Assembly: GCA_934131695.1 (NCBI GenBank)
Contig: CAKOZV010000004.1
Location: 1,992-65,991, forward strand
Source: an uncultured Bacilli bacterium
GTDB taxonomy: Bacteria > Bacillota_I > Bacilli_A > RF39 > UBA660
Reading direction: 5' to 3'
DNA length: 64,000 nt
Part shown: in pieces, positions 21,635 to 31,566 of the stretch
Layout of the letters: each line of letters opens with the position of its first letter
Numbering within the stretch: position 1 is the first letter of the stretch
Notes under the pieces: generated by a model
Told to the model about the DNA's origin: nothing
What the model saw: only the letters and a program-made list of their open reading frames with translations
The model's database searches: none
Made by a program: the position numbers and the translations under genes

Positions 21635-22483
21635 CTATTCTCCAATACTTTGGTACAAATGATTTAACTCTGTTAATGAATTCATTTGTTGTTGTTCTTT
21701 TAATTTTTCTTCTTTAAGAACCTTTAACATTAATTTATATTCTTCAATAGTAAATGGTTCTTCCTTCTTTTCTTCTTTTACTTCTTGTTTCTCTACCTTT
21801 GGTTGTTCAAAGTAAGTATATTGTTTACGAGGTGACAATACTTTTTCCTCATCAAAGTTATGAATAACATTATAGTTAACAAACTCTTCTTTAGTATCTT
21901 CTCTTTTCTTTTCTTGATATTTACGAATAAAATGGTAAACTACCAAGACTAGTACCCAAGTTACAAATAGGAACATACTAAATTCTAATAAACTACGAAC
22001 TTTGTCACTACTATATAACTCTTTTAAATCAAATACATCTACTTTTAAAGTATTAACAATACTTAACATTAATACTAAGAAATAAACTAATAATCCATAA
22101 ATAATCGAGTTTAATACTTTAATTATTCTAGATATATTTTTATGAAAGATACTTACTAAAGTAATGATTGTTGCTATTAGAAGCATACATATATATATTA
22201 CTATATTAGGAAAGTAATAACCAATGAATACTTGATTAACTGCATAATCTACTAAGGTAGAAAAACTTCCACCATATTGAATAGCAAGATAGATAAAGAA
22301 AGCTGAATAAATTAGAAAATATGTTTTTCTACTTTGTTTCTTATTTATATTATTAGTAGTACTGAATAGAAAAACTAATACAGCAATAGCAACAAAGAAT
22401 ATTAAGTAAAGAGGTGATGAGGATATCACACTCCAAATAATTTTTAACTTTTCATCTAACGATACTGGACTCATCACCAACAC
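21635..22483 (-). CDS. hypothetical polytopic membrane protein with a charged C-terminal tail
   Basis: Multiple hydrophobic helices followed by a KE-rich C-terminus. Confidence 0.45.
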   Translation of the reverse strand: MLVMSPVSLDEKLKIIWSVISSSPLYLIFFVAIAVLVFLFSTTNNINKKQSRKTYFLIYSAFFIYLAIQYGGSFSTLVDYAVNQVFIGYYFPNIVIYICMLLIATIITLVSIFHKNISRIIKVLNSIIYGLLVYFLVLMLSIVNTLKVDVFDLKELYSSDKVRSLLEFSMFLFVTWVLVLVVYHFIRKYQEKKREDTKEEFVNYNVIHNFDEEKVLSPRKQYTYFEQPKVEKQEVKEEKKEEPFTIEEYKLMLKVLKEEKLKEQQQMNSLTELNHLYQSIGE

Positions 22484-22495
22484 CCCCTTTTATTT

Positions 22496-23137
22496 TTATG
22501 ATACATTAACTAGACTAGCCACATAAATGGTCTGAGTAGTATTATCGTTATTTGTACATGTTATTAGTGTCAATGTTGTCTTATTTTTATTTCTCTTAAT
22601 AGTAAGAGTACCTGTTTTTGCTTGTTTAGAAATGTCTTCAATTTGATATGTATACTTATGATCTTTATAAGTAACAATTGCTTGATCTCCGACATTTAAT
22701 TGATATAAATCATTAAAGAAAGCTTTCCAACCAGTCCCAGAGTGACCAGCGATAATTAAGTTACCATTTTTCTTATTCGGCATTTTGCTTCCATTAATAA
22801 CTTGAATATTTTTCTCCACTGTATTTTCTGGAGATGCAATATTATAAAAGCCCCTATTAAATCCTATTTTTGGTATTTCCAAATACCCTATATAATGTTC
22901 TAAATCATTATCAGTACTATCTTCTTCTTCTTTTTCTTCTGGTTCATCTGTTGATGTAATATTTTTAACTTCTACATTAGTATTTAGCTGTTCATTGATA
23001 TAATCATAAGCAACTAAACGTTTTTTATTAATGAAATTATAAAATATTAAAAATAAACCAAAAACTATTATTATTGCACTAATTAAAGCGACTATATTAG
23101 AAGATAGTATATTATTTTTGTTTTCTTTTCTTTTCAT
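22496..23137 (-). CDS. sortase (class B-like)
   Basis: LIIAGHSGTG (catalytic His region) and LTLITCT (TLxTC catalytic Cys motif). Immediately downstream of an LPXTG-type adhesin. The start is uncertain (23137 or 23188). Confidence 0.75.
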   Translation of the reverse strand: MKRKENKNNILSSNIVALISAIIIVFGLFLIFYNFINKKRLVAYDYINEQLNTNVEVKNITSTDEPEEKEEEDSTDNDLEHYIGYLEIPKIGFNRGFYNIASPENTVEKNIQVINGSKMPNKKNGNLIIAGHSGTGWKAFFNDLYQLNVGDQAIVTYKDHKYTYQIEDISKQAKTGTLTIKRNKNKTTLTLITCTNNDNTTQTIYVASLVNVS

Positions 23138-24947
23138 TATAGTATACAAAACCAACACCGGATAATAGAGCTGTTGAACCAAGAACAATAGGAATTACTG
23201 TATCATTACTTCCTGTATTAGGAACTTCTACCACCTCTTCTGGTTGATTTTCTTTTTCATTTTCTACAGTAACACTAGCAACAGTATTACCATCACTTAT
23301 TGTGAAATAGTAAGTTGCTTCTGATTTTTTGTAACCAGCTGGCGCTTCTACCTCATACACACTGTACTTACCATCAGCTAAATCTTTAATTACATAAGGT
23401 TCTTCAGTACTAACAAAGTCAGCTATTGTTTCACCTTTTTCATTTTTTACTACTAAGTGAGCACCTGCAAGTGGTTGACCTGTTGATTTATCAATCTTAA
23501 CAATGTTTACTAATTTAGTTAAAGCTGTATTCTCCACTTTAACAGTTACATCACGATTAGTATCACTAATTGTAAAGGTTGTTGATTCTTTACTTATCTT
23601 GTATCCAGCTGGTGCTTTTGTTTCTTTTAATGTATAAGTACCATTTGGTAAATTTTGAATTACATGAGCTTTACCAGTTGATGTCCAAGATGTTATTTTC
23701 TTTCCTGAATTATCATATAGAACAAATTCTGCCCCTGCTAAAGCCACTTTCGTTTTTGAATCAATTTTAATGATTGATACTTTACTATAAAGTGTATTTT
23801 CAACATTTAAAGTAATATTACGTTTTGTATCAGTAATTGTAAATTTTATTGTTTCTTTACTTATTTTATAACCAGCTGGTGCTTTTGTTTCTTTTAATGT
23901 ATAAGTACCATTTGGTAAGTTTTGAATTATATGAGCGCCAGTTGTTGATGTCCAAGTTGTAATTTGTTTACCTGAGTTATCATATAAAACGAATGTAGCT
24001 CCAGCTAAACCCTGTTTAGTTTTTGAATCAATTTTTTTGATTGATACTTTACTTGTTGCTAAATTAAGTGTAGTTTTAGCTGATAAGTTACTAGTTGTTG
24101 GATATAAAGCCTTTCCATAAACATTTTGTACTGAACTATCAGATGACTTATATTCATAAGCTTTATCAACACTTCCTGTAGCTTTAATATTTACAGTAAT
24201 AGTTGTTTTTAAATTTTGCGCACTAGCTACTGGTACCATTACTTTAAATTTTTCATTTGTAGCAAAGGAACTAGCATCACTCAAAGTTGAAGCATTAACA
24301 ATTCTTGTTCCACTAGGTGCCCCTGATAAAGATACACTATATTTACCACTTACAGACTTAGCTGTAACACCAATACTATTTGAAACATAATATTTTTTAT
24401 CACTAGATAGAGTCATAGTACTACTAGCACTGTTAACTGTAAGACTAGCTGTAGAATAACTTTTCACTTTTTTAGCTGCTGTAACTAATGATTTAACATA
24501 TTTTCTTAAACCATGTGGATCACTACCAGTTGTTTCAAAACTTTTTGATAGGTTACTAGAACCTGTTGTATCATCTAGATACCACCAAACAGCGGCTTGA
24601 GTAATATAATAATCATAATCACTATTACCAGTGATACTCTTACTTGGATAACCGTTTGCTAAAATATAAGCAATACCTGCAGGAGCTTGTCCTACAAGAG
24701 TCATCTTTTCACCATGTGGAGTTCCTTTATGAATATTGTTACAATAAACATATCCTCCTGCACTATTTTTCTTCTTTCCAAAACGGTAGCCAGCAATATA
24801 ACCATCAAGATATTTTTCAGAAGTCGCTGTAAAAGACTTTGGAACTGAAGCTGCTTCTACATTTAATACAATTCCTGAAAATAATGAACTAATTATCATC
24901 AATACTAATGATAACATTCCAACCTTTTTTAGATTATTTGTTTTCAT
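23112..24947 (-). CDS. cell-wall-anchored adhesin: signal peptide, thioester (TED) domain, three Cna-B/SpaA-type repeats and a VPNTG sorting signal
   Basis: N-terminal signal MKTNNLKKVGMLSLVLMIISSLF, Cys in YVYCNNIHKG plus YITQAAVWWY (TQXA(V)W thioester motif). Three repeats of about 90 aa (...KIDSKTK.ALAGA.FVLYDNSGK...LPNGTYTLKETKAPAGYK...). C-terminal EVPNTGS + hydrophobic stretch + KKRKQK. Confidence 0.8.
   Translation of the reverse strand: MKTNNLKKVGMLSLVLMIISSLFSGIVLNVEAASVPKSFTATSEKYLDGYIAGYRFGKKKNSAGGYVYCNNIHKGTPHGEKMTLVGQAPAGIAYILANGYPSKSITGNSDYDYYITQAAVWWYLDDTTGSSNLSKSFETTGSDPHGLRKYVKSLVTAAKKVKSYSTASLTVNSASSTMTLSSDKKYYVSNSIGVTAKSVSGKYSVSLSGAPSGTRIVNASTLSDASSFATNEKFKVMVPVASAQNLKTTITVNIKATGSVDKAYEYKSSDSSVQNVYGKALYPTTSNLSAKTTLNLATSKVSIKKIDSKTKQGLAGATFVLYDNSGKQITTWTSTTGAHIIQNLPNGTYTLKETKAPAGYKISKETIKFTITDTKRNITLNVENTLYSKVSIIKIDSKTKVALAGAEFVLYDNSGKKITSWTSTGKAHVIQNLPNGTYTLKETKAPAGYKISKESTTFTISDTNRDVTVKVENTALTKLVNIVKIDKSTGQPLAGAHLVVKNEKGETIADFVSTEEPYVIKDLADGKYSVYEVEAPAGYKKSEATYYFTISDGNTVASVTVENEKENQPEEVVEVPNTGSNDTVIPIVLGSTALLSGVGFVYYNEKKRKQK
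23240..24060. repeat. three tandem repeats of about 270 bp inside the adhesin gene (coding Cna-B repeats)
   Basis: Near-identical stretches, e.g. accagctggtgcttttgtttcttttaatgtataagtaccatttggtaa at 23596-23643 and 23866-23913. Confidence 0.8.
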
Positions 24948-25167
24948 CTTTTTCCCCCCTAATCTCAATTGGTGCCTATATTATACCACCAATTGCCTAA
25001 AATAGCAAGAGTTTTAGTTCTGTTTACAAACACCATACTCTCATATTTGTTGGCAAATTATATCATATTTTATCTAAAAAGTCAAGCTAGACAAACGTCA
25101 ATTTATATAGTATAATTTATGTCGGTTAGTTCTTTCTTATTATTAACTTCAAAAGAAAGGAGAAAAA

Positions 25168-26853
25168 ATGAATAAGTCAGATGAAACAAAGGTTATTGTT
25201 CTAGGTGGCTTAGGTGAAGTTGGACGCAATATGTACTGCGTTATGCATAAAGATGAAATTATTATTTTAGATGCTGGTGTTTCTTTTGCAGGAGATTTAT
25301 TAGGAATAGATTATGTATTACCAGACTATTCTTTTTTGAAACAAAACGAAGATAAAATTAAAGCTTTATTTATAACTCATGGTCATGAAGATCATATTGG
25401 AGCTATACCATTCTTATTACAAATGGTAAATATACCTGCTATTTATGCACCAAATCAAGCAAAAGAATTAATAGATATGAAATTAAAAGATCGTAACATA
25501 CGTTATGATAATCTTTATGTTTATAATGATCAAACAATCGTTAAATTTAAATACTTTGAAATAGGTTTTATTAGAACAACCCACTCTATTCCAAATTCCC
25601 ATGGTATAGTGGTAAAAACTCCTAATGGAACCATCGTAACAACCGGCGATTTTAAATTTGATCTTACACCTATCGGTCCTATGGCTGATCTTTATAAGAT
25701 GGCTACTATTGGTCATCAAGGGGTTGATTTATTGATAAGTGATTCTACTAATGCTTTAAATGAAGGAATGAGTATTAGTGAATCAAGAGTTGATGACACT
25801 TTAACTGATATATTTGATAAGTATAAGTATAATAGAATAATTATTGCTACTTTCGCTTCTAATATATATAGGTTAAAACATATCTTTGAATCTTGTTATA
25901 AACATAATCGAAAAATTTGTGTATTTGGAAGATCTATGGAAAATAATATTGATATTTCTATAAAAGGTGGATATATTGATCACAAAGAATTACTAATTCG
26001 TGCAGATGAAGCTAATAATTTAAAACCAGGAGAAGTAACCATTCTTTGTACCGGATCTCAAGGAGAACCACTAGCTGCTCTATCAAGAATTGCAGATGGA
26101 ACTCATAAACAAATTAAATTAAGACCAGATGATATTGTTATCTTCTCAAGTAGTGCAATCCCGGGAAATGCTTTAAGTATTTCTAAAACTATTAACAAAT
26201 TATATCTAAAAGGTGTTAAAGTATTTACAAATATGACTATCAATAGTCTTCATACATCAGGTCATGCTAATCAAGAGGAATTAAAACTAATGATTAGATT
26301 ATTAAACCCTAAGTATTTAATGCCATTCCATGGTGATTACCGTATGCTTAAAAGACATGCTGAACTTGGAGTAGACTGTGGTATTCCAAAAGAAAATACT
26401 TTTATCTTAAAAAATGGAGATAGTCTTATTCTAAATAAACATAAGATTACCAAAGGAGAAAGTTATCCTAATACTCCTATTTATGTAGATGGAGCAAGGG
26501 TTGGAGAAGTTGGAAGTGCTGTTATTCATGATCGTAAGATAATGGCTAATGATGGTATTTTAGTAGTAATTGTCAATATTGATTTTCAGGCTAAAAAACT
26601 ATTAATTAAACCAAATATTACGACAAGAGGATTTGTTCTTGTTAATGAAAATGAAGAACTTCTAAGAAAGATTGAAAATATGGCTGGCAATTTAATCACC
26701 AAGAAATTAAATGATTCTCATGTAAGCTTCAGTGATTTAAAAACAACTATTAGCCAAGATTTATCTAGCTATGTATATGAACTTACTGGAAGAAGACCAC
26801 TTCTACTACCTATAATTTTAGATGTAAAAAAAGAAGTCAAGGAAAAAATTTAA
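25168..26853 (+). CDS. rnjA: ribonuclease J (metallo-beta-lactamase / beta-CASP RNase)
   Basis: VIVLGGLGEVGRNMY, HGHEDHIGAIP, and beta-CASP and C-terminal domains. 561 aa. Confidence 0.9.
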   Translation: MNKSDETKVIVLGGLGEVGRNMYCVMHKDEIIILDAGVSFAGDLLGIDYVLPDYSFLKQNEDKIKALFITHGHEDHIGAIPFLLQMVNIPAIYAPNQAKELIDMKLKDRNIRYDNLYVYNDQTIVKFKYFEIGFIRTTHSIPNSHGIVVKTPNGTIVTTGDFKFDLTPIGPMADLYKMATIGHQGVDLLISDSTNALNEGMSISESRVDDTLTDIFDKYKYNRIIIATFASNIYRLKHIFESCYKHNRKICVFGRSMENNIDISIKGGYIDHKELLIRADEANNLKPGEVTILCTGSQGEPLAALSRIADGTHKQIKLRPDDIVIFSSSAIPGNALSISKTINKLYLKGVKVFTNMTINSLHTSGHANQEELKLMIRLLNPKYLMPFHGDYRMLKRHAELGVDCGIPKENTFILKNGDSLILNKHKITKGESYPNTPIYVDGARVGEVGSAVIHDRKIMANDGILVVIVNIDFQAKKLLIKPNITTRGFVLVNENEELLRKIENMAGNLITKKLNDSHVSFSDLKTTISQDLSSYVYELTGRRPLLLPIILDVKKEVKEKI

Positions 26854-26866
26854 TTCCTTGACTTTT
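26826..26866 (+). terminator. rho-independent terminator of rnj
   Basis: AAGTCAAGGAA...TTCCTTGACTT stem followed by a T-run, overlapping the last codons. Confidence 0.55.
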
Positions 26867-28418
26867 ATTTTGCTTCTTCTAAAGCTCTTGTCTCACGAAC
26901 AACTGCTATTTTAATAGTACCTGGATATTTTAGAGTTGTTTCAATCTTTTCTTTTATTTCTCTAGCAATACGATGAGCTTGTAAGTCATCAACTTTTTCA
27001 GGCTCAACTATTACTCTTAATTCACGTCCTGCTTGCATAGCATAAGATTTAGAAACACCTTCTATATCTGAAGCTACTGCTTCTAGTTCTGTTAATCTTC
27101 TTATATAGTTTTCTAATGAGTCATTTCTAGCTCCTGGACGAGAGGCTGATAAAGCATCGGCTATCGCTACTAAATTAGCTATAACACTAGTTGAATCAGT
27201 ATCTCCATGATGAGAAGCAATAGCATTAATAACTACATCTCCTTCACCATATTTCTTAGCAAGATCAACACCAATACTTACATGACTTCCTTCAATTTCG
27301 TGGTCAACTGCTTTTCCTATATCATGTAAAAGTCCTGCTCTTTTAGCAAGATTAACATCTTCACCAATCTCAGCTGCCATAAGACCTGAAAGTTCAGCTA
27401 CCTCTAAGGAATGACTTAAAGCATTTTGTCCATAACTAGTTCTAAAATGAAGTTTTCCTACTAATTCAATTAATTCAGGATTCATTTTAGTTATGCCAAG
27501 TTCAAACAAAGCCCCATTTCCATAGTCCATTATTTGTTCTTTCATTTCTTTAGCTACTTTGTCATATACTTCTTCTATTCTAGTAGGATGAACTCTTCCA
27601 TCTTTTATTAAAGTTTCTAACATAACTCTAGCTATTTCTCTACGTAATGGATCAAAGCTTGATAATACTACTGCTTCTGGAGTATCATCGATAATTAAAT
27701 CCACTCCTGTTACTGCTTCAATTGTTCTGATATTTCTACCTTCTCGACCAATTAGTCTTCCTTTCATATCTTCATTAGGTAATGATACAACTGTAACTGT
27801 TTGGTCACTTGCAATATCAGCAGCATATCTTTGCATAGAAGTAACTATTAATTCTTTTGCTTTCTTCTCAGCCGTAATTTTAGCTTCCATTTCCTTTTCA
27901 TTTATATAGACAGTAACTTCTCTTGCCATAGATTCTTTCACTTTTTGCATTACTACTTCTTTAGCTTTTTCCTTACTAAATCCAGATATTTTCTCTAATA
28001 AGTCTAATTGTTCTTTTTTTAAGTTCTCCACTTCAGCTTGTTCCTGTTGAATTTCTTTTTGTCTTTGGGTTAGTTTTTCTTCTCTCTCATCTAAAGTAGC
28101 TTCTCTTTTTTGACAAATCTCATCTCTTTTGTCCATGCTACTTTCACGTTTTTCTAAACGCAATTCGTTCTCTTTTAATTCTTGTTTTTTCTCTTTTATT
28201 TCTTTATCAACTTCTTGTTTTAATTGATAATTTTTCTCTTTTGCTTCCATTATAGAATCACGTTTTAACTGATCAGCTTTTTTATTAGCTTCATCTAACA
28301 TCTCTTCTATTTTCTTTGATGCATTATTTCCTCTTAATGTATTAATTAACATGGTTAACCCAAAACCAATTACTAGTCCAACTAACAATAGTAAAGTGGA
28401 GAGTATAAGTTGATTCAT
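26865..28418 (-). CDS. rny: ribonuclease Y (N-terminal TM, coiled coil, KH and HD domains)
   Basis: N-terminal membrane helix, long EK-rich coiled coil, KH (GRLIGREGRNIR) and HD domain (LHDIGK). Start MNQLIL with RBS GGAGG. Confidence 0.9.
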   Translation of the reverse strand: MNQLILSTLLLLVGLVIGFGLTMLINTLRGNNASKKIEEMLDEANKKADQLKRDSIMEAKEKNYQLKQEVDKEIKEKKQELKENELRLEKRESSMDKRDEICQKREATLDEREEKLTQRQKEIQQEQAEVENLKKEQLDLLEKISGFSKEKAKEVVMQKVKESMAREVTVYINEKEMEAKITAEKKAKELIVTSMQRYAADIASDQTVTVVSLPNEDMKGRLIGREGRNIRTIEAVTGVDLIIDDTPEAVVLSSFDPLRREIARVMLETLIKDGRVHPTRIEEVYDKVAKEMKEQIMDYGNGALFELGITKMNPELIELVGKLHFRTSYGQNALSHSLEVAELSGLMAAEIGEDVNLAKRAGLLHDIGKAVDHEIEGSHVSIGVDLAKKYGEGDVVINAIASHHGDTDSTSVIANLVAIADALSASRPGARNDSLENYIRRLTELEAVASDIEGVSKSYAMQAGRELRVIVEPEKVDDLQAHRIAREIKEKIETTLKYPGTIKIAVVRETRALEEAK

Positions 28419-28524
28419 TTTTACCTCCACTAAGATTTATAATTTTTTCTTATAATCTAATTCTATTGTACGTTGCAATAAAATGAATGTCAAGAAAAGA
28501 AAATGTATTTATAATGAGTAAATA

Positions 28525-29556
28525 CTATTTCTTTTCCTTTTTTTCTTTATCTTTATTTAGGTTTATTCCATAAAAGTCTCTTACTTTAGTTTCTATTTCT
28601 TCTTTTAATTCTTTATTATCTCTAAGAAGTAATTTAACATTTTCTTTACCCTGACCTAGCTTCTCTCCTTGATAAGAAAACCAAGCTCCTGCTTTATCTA
28701 TAATACCAGCTTCTACCCCAAGGTCTACTAATTCTCCTTCTTTAGACACTCCTTCACCATACATTATTTCTACAGTAGCAGATTTAAATGGTGGAGCTAC
28801 TTTATTTTTAACCACCTTAACAGTAGTTCTATTACCAACTATCTTATCGCCTATTTTAATTTGTTCATTACGTCTAATATCTAGTCTTATACTAGAGTAA
28901 AATTTTAAGGCACGACCACCTGGAGTAGTTTCAGGATTACCAAACATAACTCCTACTTTTTCTCTTAACTGATTAATAAAGATAGCTATAGTATTAGTCT
29001 TATTAATAGTACCTGATAATTTTCTTAAGGCCTGACTCATTAGTCTTGCTTGTAAACCAACATGTGAGTCTCCCATTTCTCCATCGATTTCTGCTTGTGG
29101 TACTAAAGCTGCTACTGAATCTATTACAATAATACTAATAGCTTCACTTCTAACTAAGGCTTCACATATTTCTAAAGCTTGTTCACCGGTATCTGGTTGT
29201 GATAATAATAACTCGTTAGTATTAACACCAAGTCTTCTAGCATAATCAGGATCTAGAGCATGTTCTGCATCAATAAAAGCTGCTCTCCCCCCAGTTTTTT
29301 GTACTTCAGCAATAGCTTGCAAAGCAAATGTTGTCTTTCCACTAGACTCTGGTCCATATATTTCAATTATTCTTCCTTTAGGATATCCACCTACTCCTAA
29401 TGCTATATCAAGTGATAAACATCCACTAGATACCACATCAATTTTCATATGAGAGTCCTCTCCAAGACACATAATAGAACCTTTTCCAAACTGTTTTTCA
29501 ATATCAGCTAAAATTTGGTCTAAATCTTTATTATCTTTTTTTATTGTTTTGCTCAT
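28525..29556 (-). CDS. recA: recombinase RecA
   Basis: GPESSGKTT Walker A and the full RecA core. Start MSKTIKK with RBS GAGGAGGAAAA. Confidence 0.95.
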   Translation of the reverse strand: MSKTIKKDNKDLDQILADIEKQFGKGSIMCLGEDSHMKIDVVSSGCLSLDIALGVGGYPKGRIIEIYGPESSGKTTFALQAIAEVQKTGGRAAFIDAEHALDPDYARRLGVNTNELLLSQPDTGEQALEICEALVRSEAISIIVIDSVAALVPQAEIDGEMGDSHVGLQARLMSQALRKLSGTINKTNTIAIFINQLREKVGVMFGNPETTPGGRALKFYSSIRLDIRRNEQIKIGDKIVGNRTTVKVVKNKVAPPFKSATVEIMYGEGVSKEGELVDLGVEAGIIDKAGAWFSYQGEKLGQGKENVKLLLRDNKELKEEIETKVRDFYGINLNKDKEKKEKK

Positions 29557-29629
29557 AAATTTTCCTCCTCGTGCAAACATCTATATACCCATTTTATAAG
29601 TAGAAATTTTAAATGTCAAGATAAATTTT

Positions 29630-29643
29630 CGAACAATCGTTTG
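29630..29643. promoter_or_regulatory. Cheo box (LexA/DinR operator) CGAACAATCGTTTG upstream of the recA promoter
   Basis: 12/14 match to CGAACRNRYGTTYC, adjacent to the -35 TTGACA (29614-29619) and the -10 TATAAAAT (29591-29598) on the minus strand. Confidence 0.6.
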
Positions 29644-29730
29644 TTATAATTTACCATTTTCAGACTAACTTTCACCCGAATTTATTATTTTTCCTAAAAA
29701 GAATTACTGAATTTAATAAATTCAAACAAA

Positions 29731-29757
29731 AAAAGCCCGAAATTAGGCTTTTTCCTT
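29731..29757 (-). terminator. rho-independent terminator after pgsA
   Basis: Minus-strand AAAGCC-TAATTTCG-GGCTTT followed by TTTTTTG, overlapping the pgsA stop. Confidence 0.6.
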
Positions 29758-30345
29758 TGCTGGTAAAATTAAATTTTTATTAAGTTTATAATACTCACAC
29801 ATAGAAACAACTGACATAATAGTAGCAAAATATAAGAAGAAATCACTAACTCTTATATTAATCATTTCAAATGGTAAGTTATAAAAGAAAGTCAATGTAA
29901 CTCCTACCATCATACTAGCAGTTTTAATCTTTCCACTAGAAATAGCTGCTACTACTTTTCCTTTTCTAGCTGCTTCCATTTTCATAGCATCAACAACAGT
30001 ATCTCTAAAGATAATAATAACGGGAATAAGAGTTAAAATAAAACCTTTACTAGCAAGAATAATTAAAGCACTATTTACCAAAACTTTATCAGCAATAGCA
30101 TCTAACATCTTTCCAAGATCAGTCACTTCATTATTCTTTCTAGCTAAATAACCATCTAGAAAATCAGTAACACTTGCTATTACAAATATTACTCCAGCAA
30201 TTAAGTATTCTAACTTGACATAAACACCACCTACTAAAAAGCTAGGCATATTAATACCAACATCATAGAATGGAAATAGTAGCATAAAAATCATAACCAT
30301 AGTCATAAATATTCTAGCTACAGTTAACTTTGTTGGTGTATTCAT
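29743..30345 (-). CDS. pgsA: CDP-diacylglycerol--glycerol-3-phosphate 3-phosphatidyltransferase
   Basis: CDP-alcohol phosphatidyltransferase motif DFLDGYLARK...G...D..AD in a polytopic membrane protein. Confidence 0.8.
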   Translation of the reverse strand: MNTPTKLTVARIFMTMVMIFMLLFPFYDVGINMPSFLVGGVYVKLEYLIAGVIFVIASVTDFLDGYLARKNNEVTDLGKMLDAIADKVLVNSALIILASKGFILTLIPVIIIFRDTVVDAMKMEAARKGKVVAAISSGKIKTASMMVGVTLTFFYNLPFEMINIRVSDFFLYFATIMSVVSMCEYYKLNKNLILPAKEKA

Positions 30346-30823
30346 ATTTTCTACTTCCTTTCAATTCACTATTAATAACAGGTTTCTTAGTTTTATCTTT
30401 AATTAATAAAATCGCAATCACAACAAAAAAGACAAAAATAATAATTCCTATTATTATAGGTAATTTCTTTTTCTTTCGTTTATATATTTTTGTATAAGGA
30501 GATGATATTTTCTTCTCTTTCTTTGCATCATCTTCTTCTTTTTTCTTTTTAGCTTCCATTATATCATCTAAAGAAATCTTAGAAGTATGTTCAAATAAAA
30601 AATCATTAAACTCATCTTGGACCTTTACTTCATCAAGTCCTAAGTACTTAGCATATTCTTTTATTATTTTTTTTATATCATAGACATCTTTAAAGGCTTT
30701 AGTATTAGCACTTTCTAAATTTTCAAGCAAATCAGTAGAAACATTTAAATCACTGGCTGCTTCTTCTAGACTAACACCATGTTTTATTCTAGTCTCCTTT
30801 AAGTATTCTCCTAATTCTTTCAT
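30314..30823 (-). CDS. RodZ-like helix-turn-helix membrane protein (YmfM-like), upstream of pgsA
   Basis: An N-terminal XRE-type HTH (LKETRIKHGVSLEEAASDLNVSTDLLENLE) followed by a TM helix. The synteny ymfM-pgsA-recA matches Bacilli. Confidence 0.6.
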   Translation of the reverse strand: MKELGEYLKETRIKHGVSLEEAASDLNVSTDLLENLESANTKAFKDVYDIKKIIKEYAKYLGLDEVKVQDEFNDFLFEHTSKISLDDIMEAKKKKEEDDAKKEKKISSPYTKIYKRKKKKLPIIIGIIIFVFFVVIAILLIKDKTKKPVINSELKGSRKYEYTNKVNCS

Positions 30824-30845
30824 AATCAACCTCAGTTCCAACAAA

Positions 30846-31203
30846 ATAATAATACTTTATAAGCCATGTTTTGTACCTATTACTAGGTGGCAAGTATCTA
30901 TCTACTATTACTAGTCCTCCAATCCATTATCTTTCTTTCATGGAGACTCCCCTACCAAAATTTGGGTTTCTCGCTCGTGGGGTTTACCTCGTTTCACCCT
31001 TTCGTTTCCAAAAGTATCGTTTCTGTGGCACGTTATCACTTCATCATGGGATAATCCTTTAGATAAAGTTTTGCCGTTAGAATAAATCTACCTTAGGTTA
31101 TTTTTTTCCTAAGCACGAACACTACTATCGTCACAGATAGTGCGAGCATGGACTTTCCTCTAGGTTACCCTAGCACTTGCCCAAGTATTATTCGCTGTCT
31201 TTA
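30846..31203 (-). ncRNA. rnpB: RNase P RNA, bacterial type B
   Basis: The minus strand reads GAGGAAAGTCCATGCTCGCAC ... ACAGAAACGATACTTTTGGAAACGAAAGGGTGAAACGAGGTAAACCCCACGAGCGAGAAACCCAAATTTTGGTAGGGG ... AACATGGCTTA. This closely parallels B. subtilis P RNA. P1 pairs AATAATACTT with AAGTATTATT. Confidence 0.9.
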
Positions 31204-31523
31204 CCAAATACTGCTTTTTCTAAATTGCTAAGTCTTCTTAAAATATCCAAATTAGTGATTTCCATTGTATCTGATTTAGAATTTTTTGCTATTTCAGCAT
31301 CCATTGAAACATTTCTTAATTCTTGTTTTAAAGACATAATTTCTTTTAATAATTCAGTTTTTTCCTTTTCCATACTTTCGATTATTTTATAAAACTGTTC
31401 ATAATCAGAAATTATCATATCTAAGAATTCATCAACCTCTTTTAATCTGTATCCACGAGTATCAATCTTAAAATCTTTCTCTAAGATTTCTTGTGGTGTA
31501 AGTGTAATTTTGTTTTGATACAT
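31188..31523 (-). CDS. gpsB: cell-cycle protein GpsB (DivIVA-domain)
   Basis: LTPQEILEKDFKIDTRGYRLKEVDEFLDMIISDYEQF is the DivIVA/GpsB N-domain. It is adjacent to rnpB as in B. subtilis. Confidence 0.8.
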   Translation of the reverse strand: MYQNKITLTPQEILEKDFKIDTRGYRLKEVDEFLDMIISDYEQFYKIIESMEKEKTELLKEIMSLKQELRNVSMDAEIAKNSKSDTMEITNLDILRRLSNLEKAVFGKDSE

Positions 31524-31566
31524 ATTTATCACCAATCCCTTTACATACTATATTCTAGCAGTAAAA

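Noticed and set aside
23579-23770. 63-aa ORF and the 62-aa ORF at 24644-24832, antisense in the adhesin gene
   Set aside because: Shadow ORFs.
23240-24060. Regularly spaced 270-bp direct repeats, considered as a possible CRISPR-like or satellite array
   Set aside because: The period of 270 bp is far too long for CRISPR. The repeats are in-frame coding repeats (Cna-B domains) of the adhesin gene.
25483-25719. 78-aa ORF antisense in rnj
   Set aside because: Shadow ORF.
30871-31062. 63-aa ORF (and the 71-aa ORF at 31177-31392)
   Set aside because: They lie on top of the RNase P RNA gene or antisense to gpsB. The region is explained by rnpB.
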